Shown one piece after another: positions 14,833-30,900 of a DNA stretch of 64,000 bases. The first letter of the stretch is position 1; each line of letters begins with the position of its first letter. The translations under genes and the position numbers were made by a program. Source of the stretch: Eledone cirrhosa (lineage: Eukaryota); assembly GCA_964016885.1 (NCBI GenBank), contig OZ024765.1:21638001-21702000 (forward strand), in the 5' to 3' direction. The notes beneath the pieces are model-generated. The model was not told the origin of the DNA. It did no database searches and worked only from the letters and a program-made list of their open reading frames with translations.

Positions 14833-15070
14833 CAATAAGAAACACACGCACCAGTTGCTTTCACTCCGATTTATTATAATAAATTTATAAATTTAGGAAC
14901 TTATAAATTTCCGGTTGGTTGGTTGGTTCCACAACCAGACGATTGTTTATATATGAACAATCATCTGGTTGTGGAACCAACCAACCAACAGGAAATTTAT
15001 AAATTCCTAAATTTATAAATTTATTATAATAAATCGGAGTGAAAGCAACTGGTGCGTGTGTTTCTTATTG
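14833..15070. repeat. About 238-bp near-perfect palindrome (fold-back of a pLTR-like tail)
   Basis: Arms CAATAAGAAACACACGC.../...GCGTGTGTTTCTTATTG centred near 14951; single arm also at about 63032-63151. Confidence 0.9.
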
Positions 15071-15511
15071 GCAACATGACCCTCCCAAAGTACAATAATA
15101 TATATATATTTATATATACATGTGCGTGTGTGTATAATTACATATATATTTATAAATATGTGTATATGTGATAAATACGTGTGTGAGTGTGTGTATATGT
15201 GTATGTGTGTGTGTATGTATGTGTATATCTATGTGTATATACATTTATAAATGTGGGGAGGGGGCGCATATGTGTGTGAGAGTATATTTGTGTATATGTG
15301 TGTGTATATATTTATATATTTTCATCTAAAAAGGGAATATCTTTGGCTCAATACAAAATCAACAGGAATAGAACCACAGATTATTTCTTTTAAATCTCAT
15401 CAGCACCAGAACAACCCCCAACTGCCTTTCATACTTTCATTCCGAATTGTTTTAAAGTGTTTATATTTATCTTGAAATCTTCCTTCATAATTTCATATGA
15501 GAACAACTGTT

Positions 15512-15868
15512 AAATGGAATAGTATGAAACAAAATTTCATTTCTCACTCTTAGTACGACACTCACTTAAATGTAAGTATGTATGTATGTATACGTACATA
15601 CATATATGTATACAGACGTACAGTAGTATGTATATATATACATACATGCACACATATATATATGCACGTATGGATTTACCGAACATTTATTATAATGCTC
15701 GGTTTGTTTGTTTGTAAACAGACAAACAGCTCGAATTACGCCGTATAGTGTTTAGGCAACCACGTCACCTTTTTGTTCAACACTGACACAGGAACGATGT
15801 ACTAGTTTCAAGCTTATTAGCTATCGTCAGCATTGTATACCTTCCTGCCAGATGGTTGAACGTTTGTA
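15512..15868 (-). mobile_element. Diverged monomer of the 466-bp family with HHR at 15793-15836
   Basis: Minus strand ACAATG-CTGACGA-TAGCTAATAAGCTT-GAAA-CTAG-TA-CATCGT. Confidence 0.8.
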
Positions 15869-15930
15869 AATTATGTTAGAAAAGGTTGTATGATACAAAA
15901 CTGTTTGTTTTAAAATCTTTACATTTATCT

Positions 15931-18900
15931 ACTGTGTCTTACATTAGAAATATGGTAATGAAAGAGTTAAGGACATAGACAGTGTCTTTCATTAGAAATA
16001 TGGTAATGAAAGGATTAAAGACATAGACAGTGTCTTACACTAGAAGTATGGTAATGAAAGGATTAAAGACATAGACAGTGTCTTTCATTAGAAATATGGT
16101 AATGAAAGGATTAAAGACATAGACAGTGTCTTACACTAGAAATATGGTAATGAAAGGATTAAAGACATAGACAGTGTCTTACACTAGAAATATGGTAATG
16201 AAAGGATTAAAGACGTAGACAGTGTCTTTCATTAGAAATATGGTAATGGAAGGGTTAATGACATAGACAGTGTCTTACATTAGAAATATGGTAATGAAAG
16301 GGTTAATGACATAGACAGTGTCTTACATTAGAAATATGGTAATGAAAGGGTTAATGACATAGACAGTGTCTTACATTAGAAATATGGTAATGAAAGAGTT
16401 AAAGACATAGACAGTGTCTTTCATTAGAAATATGGTAATGAAAGGGTTAATGACATAGACAGTGTCTTTCATTAGAAATATGGTAATGAAAGGGTTAATG
16501 ACATAGACAGTGTCTTTCATTAGAAATATGGTAATGAAAGGGTTAAGGACATAGACAGTGTCTTACATTAGAAATATGGTAATGAAAAGGTTAATGACAT
16601 AGACAGTGTCTTTCATTAGAAATATGGTAATGAAAGGGTTAATGACATAGACAGTGTCTTACATTAGAAATATGGTAATGAAAGAGTTAAAGACATAGAC
16701 GGTGTCTTTCATTAGAAATATGGTAATGAAAGGGTTAAAGACATAGACAGTGTCTTTCATTAGCAATATGGTAATGAAAGAGTGAAAAACATAGACAGTG
16801 TCTTTCATTAGAAATATGGTAATGAAAGAGTTAAAGACATAGACAGTGTCTTTCATTAGAAATATGGTAATGAAAGGGTTAAAGACATAGACAGTGTCTT
16901 TCATTAGAAATATGGTAATGAAAGGGTTAATGACATAAGCAGTGTCTTACACTAGAAATATGGTAATGAAAGGATTAAAGACATAGACAGTGTCTTACGT
17001 TAGAAATATGGTAATGAAAGGGTTAAAGACATAGTGTCTTTCATGAGAAATATGGTAATGAAAGGGTTAATGACATAGACAGTGTCTTACATTAGAAATA
17101 TGGTAATGAAAGTGTTAATGCCATAGACAGTGTGTTTCATTAGAAATATGGTAATGAAAGGGTTAATGGCATAGACAGTGTCTTACACTAGAAATATGGT
17201 AATGAAAGGGTTAAAGATGTAGACAGTGTCTTACATTAGAAATATGGTAATGACAGGGTTAAAGATATAGACAGTGTCTTTCATTAGAAATATGGTAATG
17301 AAAGGGTTAAAGACATGGGTAGTGTCTTTCATTAGAAATATGGTAATGAAAGGGTTAATGGCATAGACAGTGTCTTTCATTAGAAATATGGTAATGAAGG
17401 GGTTAAAGATAGACAGTGTCTTTCATTAGAAATATGGTGATGAAAGGGTTAAAGACATAGACAGTGTCTTACACTAGAAATATGGTAATGGAAGGCTTAA
17501 TGACATAGACAGTGTCTTTCATTAGAAATATGGTAATGAAAGGGTTAATGACATAGACAGTGTCTTTCATTAGAAATATGGTAATGAAAGGGTTAAAGAC
17601 ATAGACAGTGTCTTAGGTTAGAAATATGGTAATGAAAGGGTTAAAGACATAGACAGTGTCTTTCATTAGAAATATGGTAATGAAAGGGTTAATGACATAG
17701 ACAGTGTCTTTCATTAGAAATATGGTAATGAAAGGGTTAATGACAGAGACAGTGTCTTACACTAGAAATATGGTAATGAAAGGGTTAATGACATAGACAG
17801 TGTCTTTCATTAGAAATATGGTAATAAAAGGGTTAATGACATAGACAGTGTCTTTCATTAGAAATATGGTAATAAAAGGGTTAATGACATAGACAGTGTC
17901 TTTCATTAGAAATATGGTAATGAAAGGGTTAATGACATAGACAGTGTCTTTCATTAGAAATATGGTAATAAATGGGTTAATGACATAGACAGTGTCTTTC
18001 ATTAGAAATATGGTAATAAAAGGGTTAATGACATAGACAGTGTCTTTCATTAGAAATATGGTAATGAAAGGGTTAATGACATAGACAGTGTCTTTCATTA
18101 GAAATATGGTAATGAAAGGGTTAATGACATAGACAGTGTCTTACACTAGAAATATGGTAATGAAAGGGTTAATGACATAGACAGTGTCTTTCATTAAAAA
18201 TATGGTAATGAAAGGTTTAATGACATAGACAGTGTCTTTCATGAGAAATATGGTAATGAAAGGGTTAATGACATAGACAGCGTCTTTCATTAGAAATATG
18301 GTAATGAAAGGGTTAATGACATAGACTGTGTCTTACACTAGAAATATGGTAATGAAAGGGTTGATGACATAGACAGTGTCTTACACTAGAAATATGATAA
18401 TGAAAGGGTTAATGACATAGGTAGTGTCTTTCATTAGAAATAAGGTAATGAAAGGGTTAATGACATAGACTGTGTCTTTCATTAGAAATATGGTAATGAA
18501 AGGGTTAATGACATAGGTAGTGTCTTTCATTAGAAATATGGTAATGAAAGGGTTAATGGCATAGACAGTGTCTTTCATTAGAAATATGGTAATGAAGGGG
18601 TTAAAGATAGACAGTGTCTTTCATTAGAAATATGGTGATGAAAGGGTTAATGACATAGACAGTGTCTTTCATTAGAAATATGGTAATGAAAGGGTTAATG
18701 GCATAGACAGTGTCTTACACTAGAAATATGGTAATGAAAAGGTTAAAGACATAGACAGTGTCTTACACTAGAAATATGGTAATGGAAGGCTTAATGACAT
18801 AGACAGTGTCTTTCATTAGAAATATGGTAATGAAAGGGTTAATGACATAGACAGTGTCTTTCATTAGAAATATGGTAATGAAAGGGTTAAAGACATAGAC

Positions 18901-21900
18901 AGTGTCTTACGTTAGAAATATGGTAATGAAAGGGTTAAAGACATAGACAGTGTCTTTTATTAGAAATATGGTAATGAAAGGGTTAATGACATAGGTAGTG
19001 TCTTTCATTAGAAATATGGTAATGAAAGGGTTAATGACATAGACAGTGTCTTTCATTAGAAATATGGTGATGAAATAGTTAATGACATAGACAGTGTCTT
19101 TCATTAGAAATATGGTAATGAAAGGGTTAATGACATAGGTAGTGTCTTTCATTAGAAATATGGTAATGAAAGGGTTAATGACATAGACAGTGTCTTTCAT
19201 TAGAGATATGGTGATGAAAGGGTTAATGACATAGACAGGGTCTTTCATTAGAAATATGGTAATGAAAGGGTTAATGACATAGACAGTGTCTTTCATTAGA
19301 AATATGGTAATGAAAGGGTTAATGACAGAGACAGTGTCTTACACTAGAAATATGGTAATGAAAGGGTTAATGACATAGACGGTGTCTTTCATTAGAAATA
19401 TGGTAATAAAAGGGTTAATGACATAGACAGTGTCTTACACTAGAAATATGGTAATGAAAGGGTTAATGACATAGACAGTGTCTTTCATTAAAAATATGGT
19501 AATGAAAGGTTTAATGACATAGACAGTGTCTTTCATGAGAAATATGGTAATGAAAGGGTTAATGACATAGACAGCGTCTTTCATTAGAAATATGGTAATG
19601 AAAGGGTTAATGACATAGACTGTGTCTTACACTAGAAATATAGTAATGAAAGGGTTGATGACATAGACAGTGTCTTACACTAGAAATATGATAATGAAAG
19701 GGTTAATGACATAGGTAGTGTCTTTCATTAGAAATAAGGTAATGAAAGTGTTAATGACATAGACTGTGTCTTTCATTAGAAATATGGTAATGAAAGGGTT
19801 AATGACATAGGTAGTGTCTTACACTAGAAATATGGTAATGAAAGGGTTAATGACATAGACAGTGTCTTTCATTAAAAATATGGTAATGAAAGGTTTAATG
19901 ACATAGACAGTGTCTTTCATGAGAAATATGGTAATGAAAGGGTTAATGACATAGACAGCGTCTTTCATTAGAAATATGGTAATGAAAGGGTTAATGACAT
20001 AGACTGTGTCTTACACTAGAAATATGGTAATGAAAGGGTTGATGACATAGACAGTGTCTTACACTAGAAATATGATAATGAAAGGGTTAATGACATAGGT
20101 AGTGTCTTTCATTAGAAATATGGTAATAAAAGGGTTAATGACATAGACAGCGTCTTTCATTAGAAATATGGTAATGAAAGGGTTAATGACATAGACTGTG
20201 TCTTACACTAGAAATATGGTAATGAAAGGGTTGATGACATAGACAGTGTCTTACACTAGAAATATGATAATGAAAGGGTTAATGACATAGGTAGTGTCTT
20301 TCATTAGAAATAAGGTAATGAAAGGGTTAATGACATAGACTGTGTCTTTCATTAGAAATATGGTAATGAAAGGGTTAATGACATAGGTAGTGTCTTTCAT
20401 TAGAAATATGGTAATGAAGGGGTTAAAGATAGACAGTGTCTTTCATTAAAAATATGGTGATGAAAGGGTTAATGACATAGACAGTGTCTTTCATTAGAAA
20501 TATGGTAATGAAAGGGTTAATGGCATAGACAGTGTCTTACACTAGAAATATGGTAATGAAAAGGTTAAAGACATAGACAGTGTCTTACACTAGAAATATG
20601 GTAATGGAAGGCTTAATGACATAGACAGTGTCTTTCATTAGAAATATGGTAATGAAAGGGTTAATGACATAGACAGTGTCTTTCATTAGAAATATGGTAA
20701 TGAAAGGGTTAAAGACATAGACAGTGTCTTACGTTAGAAATATGGTAATGAAAGGGTTAAAGACATAGACAGTGTCTTTTATTAGAAATATGGTAATGAA
20801 AGGGTTAATGGCATAGACAGTGTCTTACACTAGAAATATGTTAATGAAAAGGTTAAAGACATAGACAGTGTCTTACACTAGAAATATGGTAATGGAAGGG
20901 TTGATGACATAGACGGTGTCTTACACTAGAAATATGGTAATGAAAGGGTTAATGACATAGGTAGTGTCTTTCATTAGAAATAAGGTAATGAAAGGGTTAA
21001 TGACATAGACAGTGTCTTTCATTAGAAATATGGTAATGAAATGGTTAATGACGTAGACAGTGTCTTTCATTAGAAATATGGTAATGAAAGGGTTAAAGAC
21101 ATAGACAGTGTCTTTCATTAGAAATATGGTAATGAAAGGGTTAATGACGTAGACAGTGTCTTTCATTAGAAATATGGTAATGAAAGGGTTAATGACATAG
21201 GCAGTGTCTTTCATTAGAAATATGGTAATGAAAGGGTTAATGACATAGGTAGTGTCTTTCATTAGAAATATGGTAATGAAAGGGTTAATGACATAGACAG
21301 TGTCTTTCATTAGAAATATGGTGATGAAAGGGTTAATGACATAGACAGTGTCTTTCATTAGAAATATGGTAATGAAAGGGTTAATGACATAGACAGTGTC
21401 TTTCATTAGAAATATGGTAATGAAAAGTTTAATGACATAGACAGTGTCTTTCATGAGAAATATGGTAATGAAAGGGTTAATGACATAGACAGTGTCTTAC
21501 ATTAGATATATGGTAATGAAAGGGTTAATGACATAGACAGTGTCTTTCATTAGAAATATGGTAATGAAAAGTTTAATGACATAGACAGTGTCTTTCATGA
21601 GAAATATGGTAATCAAAGGGTTAATGGCATAGACAGTGTCTTACACTAGAAATATGGTAATGAAAGGGTTAATGACATAGACAGCGTCTTTCATTAGAAA
21701 TATGGTAATGAAAGGGTTAATGACATAGACTGTGTCTTACACAAGAAATATGGTAATGAAAGGGTTGATGACATAGACAGTGTCTTACACTAGAAATATG
21801 ATAATGAAAGGGTTAATGACATAGGTAGTGTCTTTCATTAGAAATAAGGTAATGAAAGGGTTAATGACATAGACTGTGTCTTTCATTAGAAATATGGTAA

Positions 21901-24900
21901 TGAAAGGGTTAATGACATAGGTAGTGTCTTTCATTAGAAATATGGTAATGAAGGGGTTAAAGATAGACAGTGTCTTTCATTAAAAATATGGTGATGAAAG
22001 GGTTAATGACATAGACAGTGTCTTTCATTAGAAATATGGTAATGAAAGGGTTAATGGCATAGACAGTGTCTTACACTAGAAATATGGTAATGAAAGGGTT
22101 AAAGATGTAGACAGTGTCTTACATTAGAAATATGGTAATGACAGGGTTAAAGATATAGACAGTGTCTTTCATTAGAAATATGGTAATGAAAGGGTTAAAG
22201 ACATGGGTAGTGTCTTTCATTAGAAATATGGTAATGAAAGGGTTAATGGCATAGACAGTGTCTTTCATTAGAAATATGGTAATGAAGGGGTTAAAGATAG
22301 ACAGTGTCTTTCATTAGAAATATGGTGATGAAAGGGTTAAAGACATAGACAGTGTCTTACACTAGAAATATGGTAATGGAAGGCTTAATGACATAGACAG
22401 TGTCTTTCATTAGAAATATGGTAATGAAAGGGTTAATGACATAGACAGTGTCTTTCATTAGAAATATGGTAATGAAAGGGTTAAAGACATAGACAGTGTC
22501 TTAGGTTAGAAATATGGTAATGAAAGGGTTAAAGACATAGACAGTGTCTTTCATTAGAAATATGGTAATGAAAGGGTTAATGACATAGACAGTGTCTTTC
22601 ATTAGAAATATGGTAATGAAAGGGTTAATGACAGAGACAGTGTCTTACACTAGAAATATGGTAATGAAAGGGTTAATGACATAGACAGTGTCTTTCATTA
22701 GAAATATGGTAATAAAAGGGTTAATGACATAGACAGTGTCTTTCATTAGAAATATGGTAATAAAAGGGTTAATGACATAGACAGTGTCTTTCATTAGAAA
22801 TATGGTAATGAAAGGGTTAATGACATAGACAGTGTCTTTCATTAGAAATATGGTAATAAATGGGTTAATGACATAGACAGTGTCTTTCATTAGAAATATG
22901 GTAATAAAAGGGTTAATGACATAGACAGTGTCTTTCATTAGAAATATGGTAATGAAAGGGTTAATGACATAGACAGTGTCTTTCATTAGAAATATGGTAA
23001 TGAAAGGGTTAATGACATAGACAGTGTCTTACACTAGAAATATGGTAATGAAAGGGTTAATGACATAGACAGTGTCTTTCATTAAAAATATGGTAATGAA
23101 AGGTTTAATGACATAGACAGTGTCTTTCATGAGAAATATGGTAATGAAAGGGTTAATGACATAGACAGCGTCTTTCATTAGAAATATGGTAATGAAAGGG
23201 TTAATGACATAGACTGTGTCTTACACTAGAAATATGGTAATGAAAGGGTTGATGACATAGACAGTGTCTTACACTAGAAATATGATAATGAAAGGGTTAA
23301 TGACATAGGTAGTGTCTTTCATTAGAAATAAGGTAATGAAAGGGTTAATGACATAGACTGTGTCTTTCATTAGAAATATGGTAATGAAAGGGTTAATGAC
23401 ATAGGTAGTGTCTTTCATTAGAAATATGGTAATGAAAGGGTTAATGGCATAGACAGTGTCTTTCATTAGAAATATGGTAATGAAGGGGTTAAAGATAGAC
23501 AGTGTCTTTCATTAGAAATATGGTGATGAAAGGGTTAATGACATAGACAGTGTCTTTCATTAGAAATATGGTAATGAAAGGGTTAATGGCATAGACAGTG
23601 TCTTACACTAGAAATATGGTAATGAAAAGGTTAAAGACATAGACAGTGTCTTACACTAGAAATATGGTAATGGAAGGCTTAATGACATAGACAGTGTCTT
23701 TCATTAGAAATATGGTAATGAAAGGGTTAATGACATAGACAGTGTCTTTCATTAGAAATATGGTAATGAAAGGGTTAAAGACATAGACAGTGTCTTACGT
23801 TAGAAATATGGTAATGAAAGGGTTAAAGACATAGACAGTGTCTTTTATTAGAAATATGGTAATGAAAGGGTTAATGACATAGGTAGTGTCTTTCATTAGA
23901 AATATGGTAATGAAAGGGTTAATGACATAGACAGTGTCTTTCATTAGAAATATGGTGATGAAATAGTTAATGACATAGACAGTGTCTTTCATTAGAAATA
24001 TGGTAATGAAAGGGTTAATGACATAGGTAGTGTCTTTCATTAGAAATATGGTAATGAAAGGGTTAATGACATAGACAGTGTCTTTCATTAGAAATATGGT
24101 GATGAAAGGGTTAATGACATAGACAGGGTCTTTCATTAGAAATATGGTAATGAAAGGGTTAATGACATAGACAGTGTCTTTCATTAGAAATATGGTAATG
24201 AAAGGGTTAATGACAGAGACAGTGTCTTACACTAGAAATATGGTAATGAAAGGGTTAATGACATAGACGGTGTCTTTCATTAGAAATATGGTAATAAAAG
24301 GGTTAATGACATAGACAGTGTCTTACACTAGAAATATGGTAATGAAAGGGTTAATGACATAGACAGTGTCTTTCATTAAAAATATGGTAATGAAAGGTTT
24401 AATGACATAGACAGTGTCTTTCATGAGAAATATGGTAATGAAAGGGTTAATGACATAGACAGCGTCTTTCATTAGAAATATGGTAATGAAAGGGTTAATG
24501 ACATAGACTGTGTCTTACACTAGAAATATAGTAATGAAAGGGTTGATGACATAGACAGTGTCTTACACTAGAAATATGATAATGAAAGGGTTAATGACAT
24601 AGGTAGTGTCTTTCATTAGAAATAAGGTAATGAAAGTGTTAATGACATAGACTGTGTCTTTCATTAGAAATATGGTAATGAAAGGGTTAATGACATAGGT
24701 AGTGTCTTACACTAGAAATATGGTAATGAAAGGGTTAATGACATAGACAGTGTCTTTCATTAAAAATATGGTAATGAAAGGTTTAATGACATAGACAGTG
24801 TCTTTCATGAGAAATATGGTAATGAAAGGGTTAATGACATAGACAGCGTCTTTCATTAGAAATATGGTAATGAAAGGGTTAATGACATAGACTGTGTCTT

Positions 24901-27900
24901 ACACTAGAAATATGGTAATGAAAGGGTTGATGACATAGACAGTGTCTTACACTAGAAATATGATAATGAAAGGGTTAATGACATAGGTAGTGTCTTTCAT
25001 TAGAAATATGGTAATAAAAGGGTTAATGACATAGACAGCGTCTTTCATTAGAAATATGGTAATGAAAGGGTTAATGACATAGACTGTGTCTTACACTAGA
25101 AATATGGTAATGAAAGGGTTGATGACATAGACAGTGTCTTACACTAGAAATATGATAATGAAAGGGTTAATGACATAGGTAGTGTCTTTCATTAGAAATA
25201 AGGTAATGAAAGGGTTAATGACATAGACTGTGTCTTTCATTAGAAATATGGTAATGAAAGGGTTAATGACATAGGTAGTGTCTTTCATTAGAAATATGGT
25301 AATGAAGGGGTTAAAGATAGACAGTGTCTTTCATTAAAAATATGGTGATGAAAGGGTTAATGACATAGACAGTGTCTTTCATTAGAAATATGGTAATGAA
25401 AGGGTTAATGGCATAGACAGTGTCTTACACTAGAAATATGGTAATGAAAAGGTTAAAGACATAGACAGTGTCTTACACTAGAAATATGGTAATGGAAGGC
25501 TTAATGACATAGACAGTGTCTTTCATTAGAAATATGGTAATGAAAGGGTTAATGACATAGACAGTGTCTTTCATTAGAAATATGGTAATGAAAGGGTTAA
25601 AGACATAGACAGTGTCTTACGTTAGAAATATGGTAATGAAAGGGTTAAAGACATAGACAGTGTCTTTTATTAGAAATATGGTAATGAAAGGGTTAATGGC
25701 ATAGACAGTGTCTTACACTAGAAATATGTTAATGAAAAGGTTAAAGACATAGACAGTGTCTTACACTAGAAATATGGTAATGGAAGGGTTGATGACATAG
25801 ACGGTGTCTTACACTAGAAATATGGTAATGAAAGGGTTAATGACATAGGTAGTGTCTTTCATTAGAAATAAGGTAATGAAAGGGTTAATGACATAGACAG
25901 TGTCTTTCATTAGAAATATGGTAATGAAATGGTTAATGACGTAGACAGTGTCTTTCATTAGAAATATGGTAATGAAAGGGTTAAAGACATAGACAGTGTC
26001 TTTCATTAGAAATATGGTAATGAAAGGGTTAATGACGTAGACAGTGTCTTTCATTAGAAATATGGTAATGAAAGGGTTAATGACATAGGCAGTGTCTTTC
26101 ATTAGAAATATGGTAATGAAAGGGTTAATGACATAGGTAGTGTCTTTCATTAGAAATATGGTAATGAAAGGGTTAATGACATAGACAGTGTCTTTCATTA
26201 GAAATATGGTGATGAAAGGGTTAATGACATAGACAGTGTCTTTCATTAGAAATATGGTAATGAAAGGGTTAATGACATAGACAGTGTCTTTCATTAGAAA
26301 TATGGTAATGAAAAGTTTAATGACATAGACAGTGTCTTTCATGAGAAATATGGTAATGAAAGGGTTAATGACATAGACAGTGTCTTACATTAGATATATG
26401 GTAATGAAAGGGTTAATGACATAGACAGTGTCTTTCATTAGAAATATGGTAATGAAAAGTTTAATGACATAGACAGTGTCTTTCATGAGAAATATGGTAA
26501 TCAAAGGGTTAATGGCATAGACAGTGTCTTACACTAGAAATATGGTAATGAAAGGGTTAATGACATAGACAGCGTCTTTCATTAGAAATATGGTAATGAA
26601 AGGGTTAATGACATAGACTGTGTCTTACACAAGAAATATGGTAATGAAAGGGTTGATGACATAGACAGTGTCTTACACTAGAAATATGATAATGAAAGGG
26701 TTAATGACATAGGTAGTGTCTTTCATTAGAAATAAGGTAATGAAAGGGTTAATGACATAGACTGTGTCTTTCATTAGAAATATGGTAATGAAAGGGTTAA
26801 TGACATAGGTAGTGTCTTTCATTAGAAATATGGTAATGAAGGGGTTAAAGATAGACAGTGTCTTTCATTAAAAATATGGTGATGAAAGGGTTAATGACAT
26901 AGACAGTGTCTTTCATTAGAAATATGGTAATGAAAGGGTTAATGGCATAGACAGTGTCTTACACTAGAAATATGGTAATGAAAAGGTTAAAGACATAGAC
27001 AGTGTCTTACACTAGAAATATGGTAATGGAAGGCTTAATGACATAGACAGTGTCTTTCATTAGAAATATGGTAATGAAAGGGTTAATGACATAGACAGTG
27101 TCTTTCATTAGAAATATGGTAATGAAAGGGTTAAAGACATAGACAGTGTCTTACGTTAGAAATATGGTAATGAAAGGGTTAAAGACATAGACAGTGTCTT
27201 TTATTAGAAATATGGTAATGAAAGGGTTAATGACATAGGTAGTGTCTTTCATTAGAAATATGGTAATGAAAGGGTTAATGACATAGACAGTGTCTTTCAT
27301 TAGAAATATGGTGATGAAAGGGTTAATGACATAGACAGTGTCTTTCATTAGAAATATGGTAATGAAAGGGTTAATGACATAGACAGTGTCTTTCATTAGA
27401 AATATGGTAATGAAAGGGTTAATGACAGAGACAGTGTCTTACACTAGAAATATGGTAATGAAAGGGTTAATGACATAGACAGTGTCTTTCATTAGAAATA
27501 TGGTAATAAAAGGGTTAATGACATAGACAGTGTCTTACACTAGAAATATGGTAATGAAAGGGTTAATGACATAGACAGTGTCTTTCATTAGAAATATGGT
27601 AATGAAAGGGTTAATGACATAGACTGTGTCTTACACTAGAAATATGGTAATGAAAGGGTTGATGACATAGACAGTGTCTTTCATTAGAAATATGGTGATG
27701 AAAGGGTTAATGACATAGGTAGTGTCTTTCATTAGAAATAAGGTAATGAAAGGGTTAATGACATAGACTGTGTCTTTCATTAGAAATATGGTAATGAAAG
27801 GGTTAATGACATAGGTAGTATCTTTCATTAGAAATATGGTAATGAAAGGGTTAAAGACATAGACAGTGTCTTTCATTAGAAATATGGTAATAAAAGGGTT

Positions 27901-30900
27901 AATGACATAGACAGTGTCTTTCATTAGAAATATGGTAATGAAAGGGTTAATGACATAGACAGTGTCTTTCATTAGAAATATAGTAATGAAAGGTTTAATG
28001 ACATAGACAGTGTCTTTCATTAGAAATATGGTAATGAAAGGGTTAATGACATAGGTAGTGCCTTTCATTAGAAATATGGTAATGAAAGGGTTAATGACAT
28101 AGACTGTGTCTTACACTAGAAATATGGTAATGAAAGGGTTGATGACATAGACGGTGTCTTACACTAGAAATATGGTAATGAAAGGGTTAATGACATAGGT
28201 AGTGTCTTTCATTAGAAATAAGGTAATGAAAGGGTTAATGACATAGACAGTGTCTTTCATTAGAAATATGGTAATGAAATGGTTAATGACGTAGACAGTG
28301 TCTTTCATTAGAAATATGGTAATGAAAGGGTTAAAGACATAGACAGTGTCTTTCATTAGAAATATGGTAATGAAAGGGTTAATGACGTAGACAGTGTCTT
28401 TCATTAGAAATATGGTAATGAAAGGGTTAATGACATAGGCAGTGTCTTTCATTAGAAATATGGTAATGAAAGGGTTAATGACATAGGTAGTGTCTTTCAT
28501 TAGAAATATGGTAATGAAAGGGTTAATGACATAGACAGTGTCTTTCATTAGAAATATGGTGATGAAAGGGTTAATGACATAGACAGTGTCTTTCATTAGA
28601 AATATGGTAATGAAAGGGTTAATGACATAGACAGTGTCTTTCATTAGAAATATGGTAATGAAAAGTTTAATGACATAGACAGTGTCTTTCATGAGAAATA
28701 TGGTAATGAAAGGGTTAATGACATAGACAGTGTCTTACATTAGATATATGGTAATGAAAGGGTTAATGACATAGACAGTGTCTTTCATTAGAAATATGGT
28801 AATGAAAAGTTTAATGACATAGACAGTGTCTTTCATGAGAAATATGGTAATGAAATGGTTAATGACATAGACAGTGTCTTTCATTAGAAATATGGTAATG
28901 AAAGGGTTAATGACATAGACAGTGTCTTTCATTAGAAATATGGTAATGAAAGGGTTAATGACATAGACAGTTTCTTACACTAGAAATATGGTAATGAAAG
29001 GGTTAATGACATAGACAGTGTCTTTCATTAAAAATATGGTAATGAAAGGTTTAATGACATAGACAGTGTCTTTCATGAGAAATATGGTAATGAAAGGGTT
29101 AATGACATAGGTAGTGTCTTTCATTAGAAATATGGTAATGAAAGGGTTGATGACATAGGCAGTGTCTTACACTAGAAATAAGGTAATGAAAGGGTTAATG
29201 ACATAGGTAGTGTCTTTCATTAGAAATATGGTAATGAAAGGGTTAATGACATAGACAGTGTCTTTCATTAGAAATATGGTAATGAAAGGGTTAATGACAT
29301 AGACAGTGTTTTTCATTAGAAATATCGTAATCAAAGGGTTAATGGCATAGACAGTGTCTTTCATTAGAAATATGGTAATGAAAGGGTTAATGACATAGAC
29401 TGTGTCTTACACTAGAAATATGGTAATGAAAGGGTTGATGACATAGACAGTGTCTTACACTAGAAATATGATAATGAAAGGGTTAATGACATAGGTAGTG
29501 TCTTTCATTAGAAATAAGGTAATGAAATGGTTAATGACATAGACTGTGTCTTTCATTAGAAATATGGTAATGAAAGGGTTAATGACATAGGTAGTGTCTT
29601 TCATTAGAAATATGGTAATGAAGGGGTTAAAGATAGACAGTGTCTTTCATTAAAAATATGGTGATGAAAGGGTTAATGACATAGACAGTGTCTTTCATTA
29701 GAAATATGGTAATGAAAGGGTTAATGGCATAGACAGTGTCTTACACTAGAAATATGGTAATGAAAAGGTTAAAGACATAGACAGTGTCTTACACTAGAAA
29801 TATGGTAATGGAAGGCTTAATGACATAGACAGTGTCTTTCATTAGAAATATGGTAATGAAAGGGTTAATGACATAGACAGTGTCTTTCATTAGAAATATG
29901 GTAATGAAAGGGTTAAAGACATAGACAGTGTCTTACGTTAGAAATATGGTAATGAAAGGGTTAAAGACATAGACAGTGTCTTTTATTAGAAATATGGTAA
30001 TGAAAGGGTTAATGACATAGGTAGTGTCCTTCATTAGAAATATGGTAATGAAAGGGTTAATGACATAGACAGTGTCTTTCATTAGAAATATGGTGATGAA
30101 AGGGTTAATGACATAGACAGTGTCTTTCATTAGAAATATGGTAATGAAAGGGTTAATGACATAGACAGTGTCTTTCATTAGAAATATGGTAATGAAAGGG
30201 TTAATGACAGAGACAGTGTCTTACACTAGAAATATGGTAATGAAAGGGTTAATGACATAGACAGTGTCTTTCATTAGAAATATGGTAATAAAAGGGTTAA
30301 TGACATAGACAGTGTCTTACACTAGAAATATGGTAATGAAAGGGTTAATGACATAGACAGTGTCTTTCATTAGAAATATGGTAATGAAAGGGTTAATGAC
30401 ATAGACTGTGTCTTACACTAGAAATATGGTAATGAAAGGGTTGATGACATAGACAGTGTCTTTCATTAGAAATATGGTGATGAAAGGGTTAATGACATAG
30501 GTAGTGTCTTTCATTAGAAATAAGGTAATGAAAGGGTTAATGACATAGACTGTGTCTTTCATTAGAAATATGGTAATGAAAGGGTTAATGACATAGGTAG
30601 TGTCTTTCATTAGAAATATGGTAATGAAAGGGTTAAAGACATAGACAGTGTCTTTCATTAGAAATATGGTAATAAAAGGGTTAATGACATAGACAGTGTC
30701 TTTCATTAGAAATATGGTAATGAAAGGGTTAATGACATAGACAGTGTCTTTCATTAGAAATATGGTAATGAAAGGTTTAATGACATAGACAGTGTCTTTC
30801 ATTAGAAATATGGTAATGAAAGGGTTAATGACATAGGTAGTGCCTTTCATTAGAAATATGGTAATGAAAGGGTTAATGACATAGACTGTGTCTTACACTA

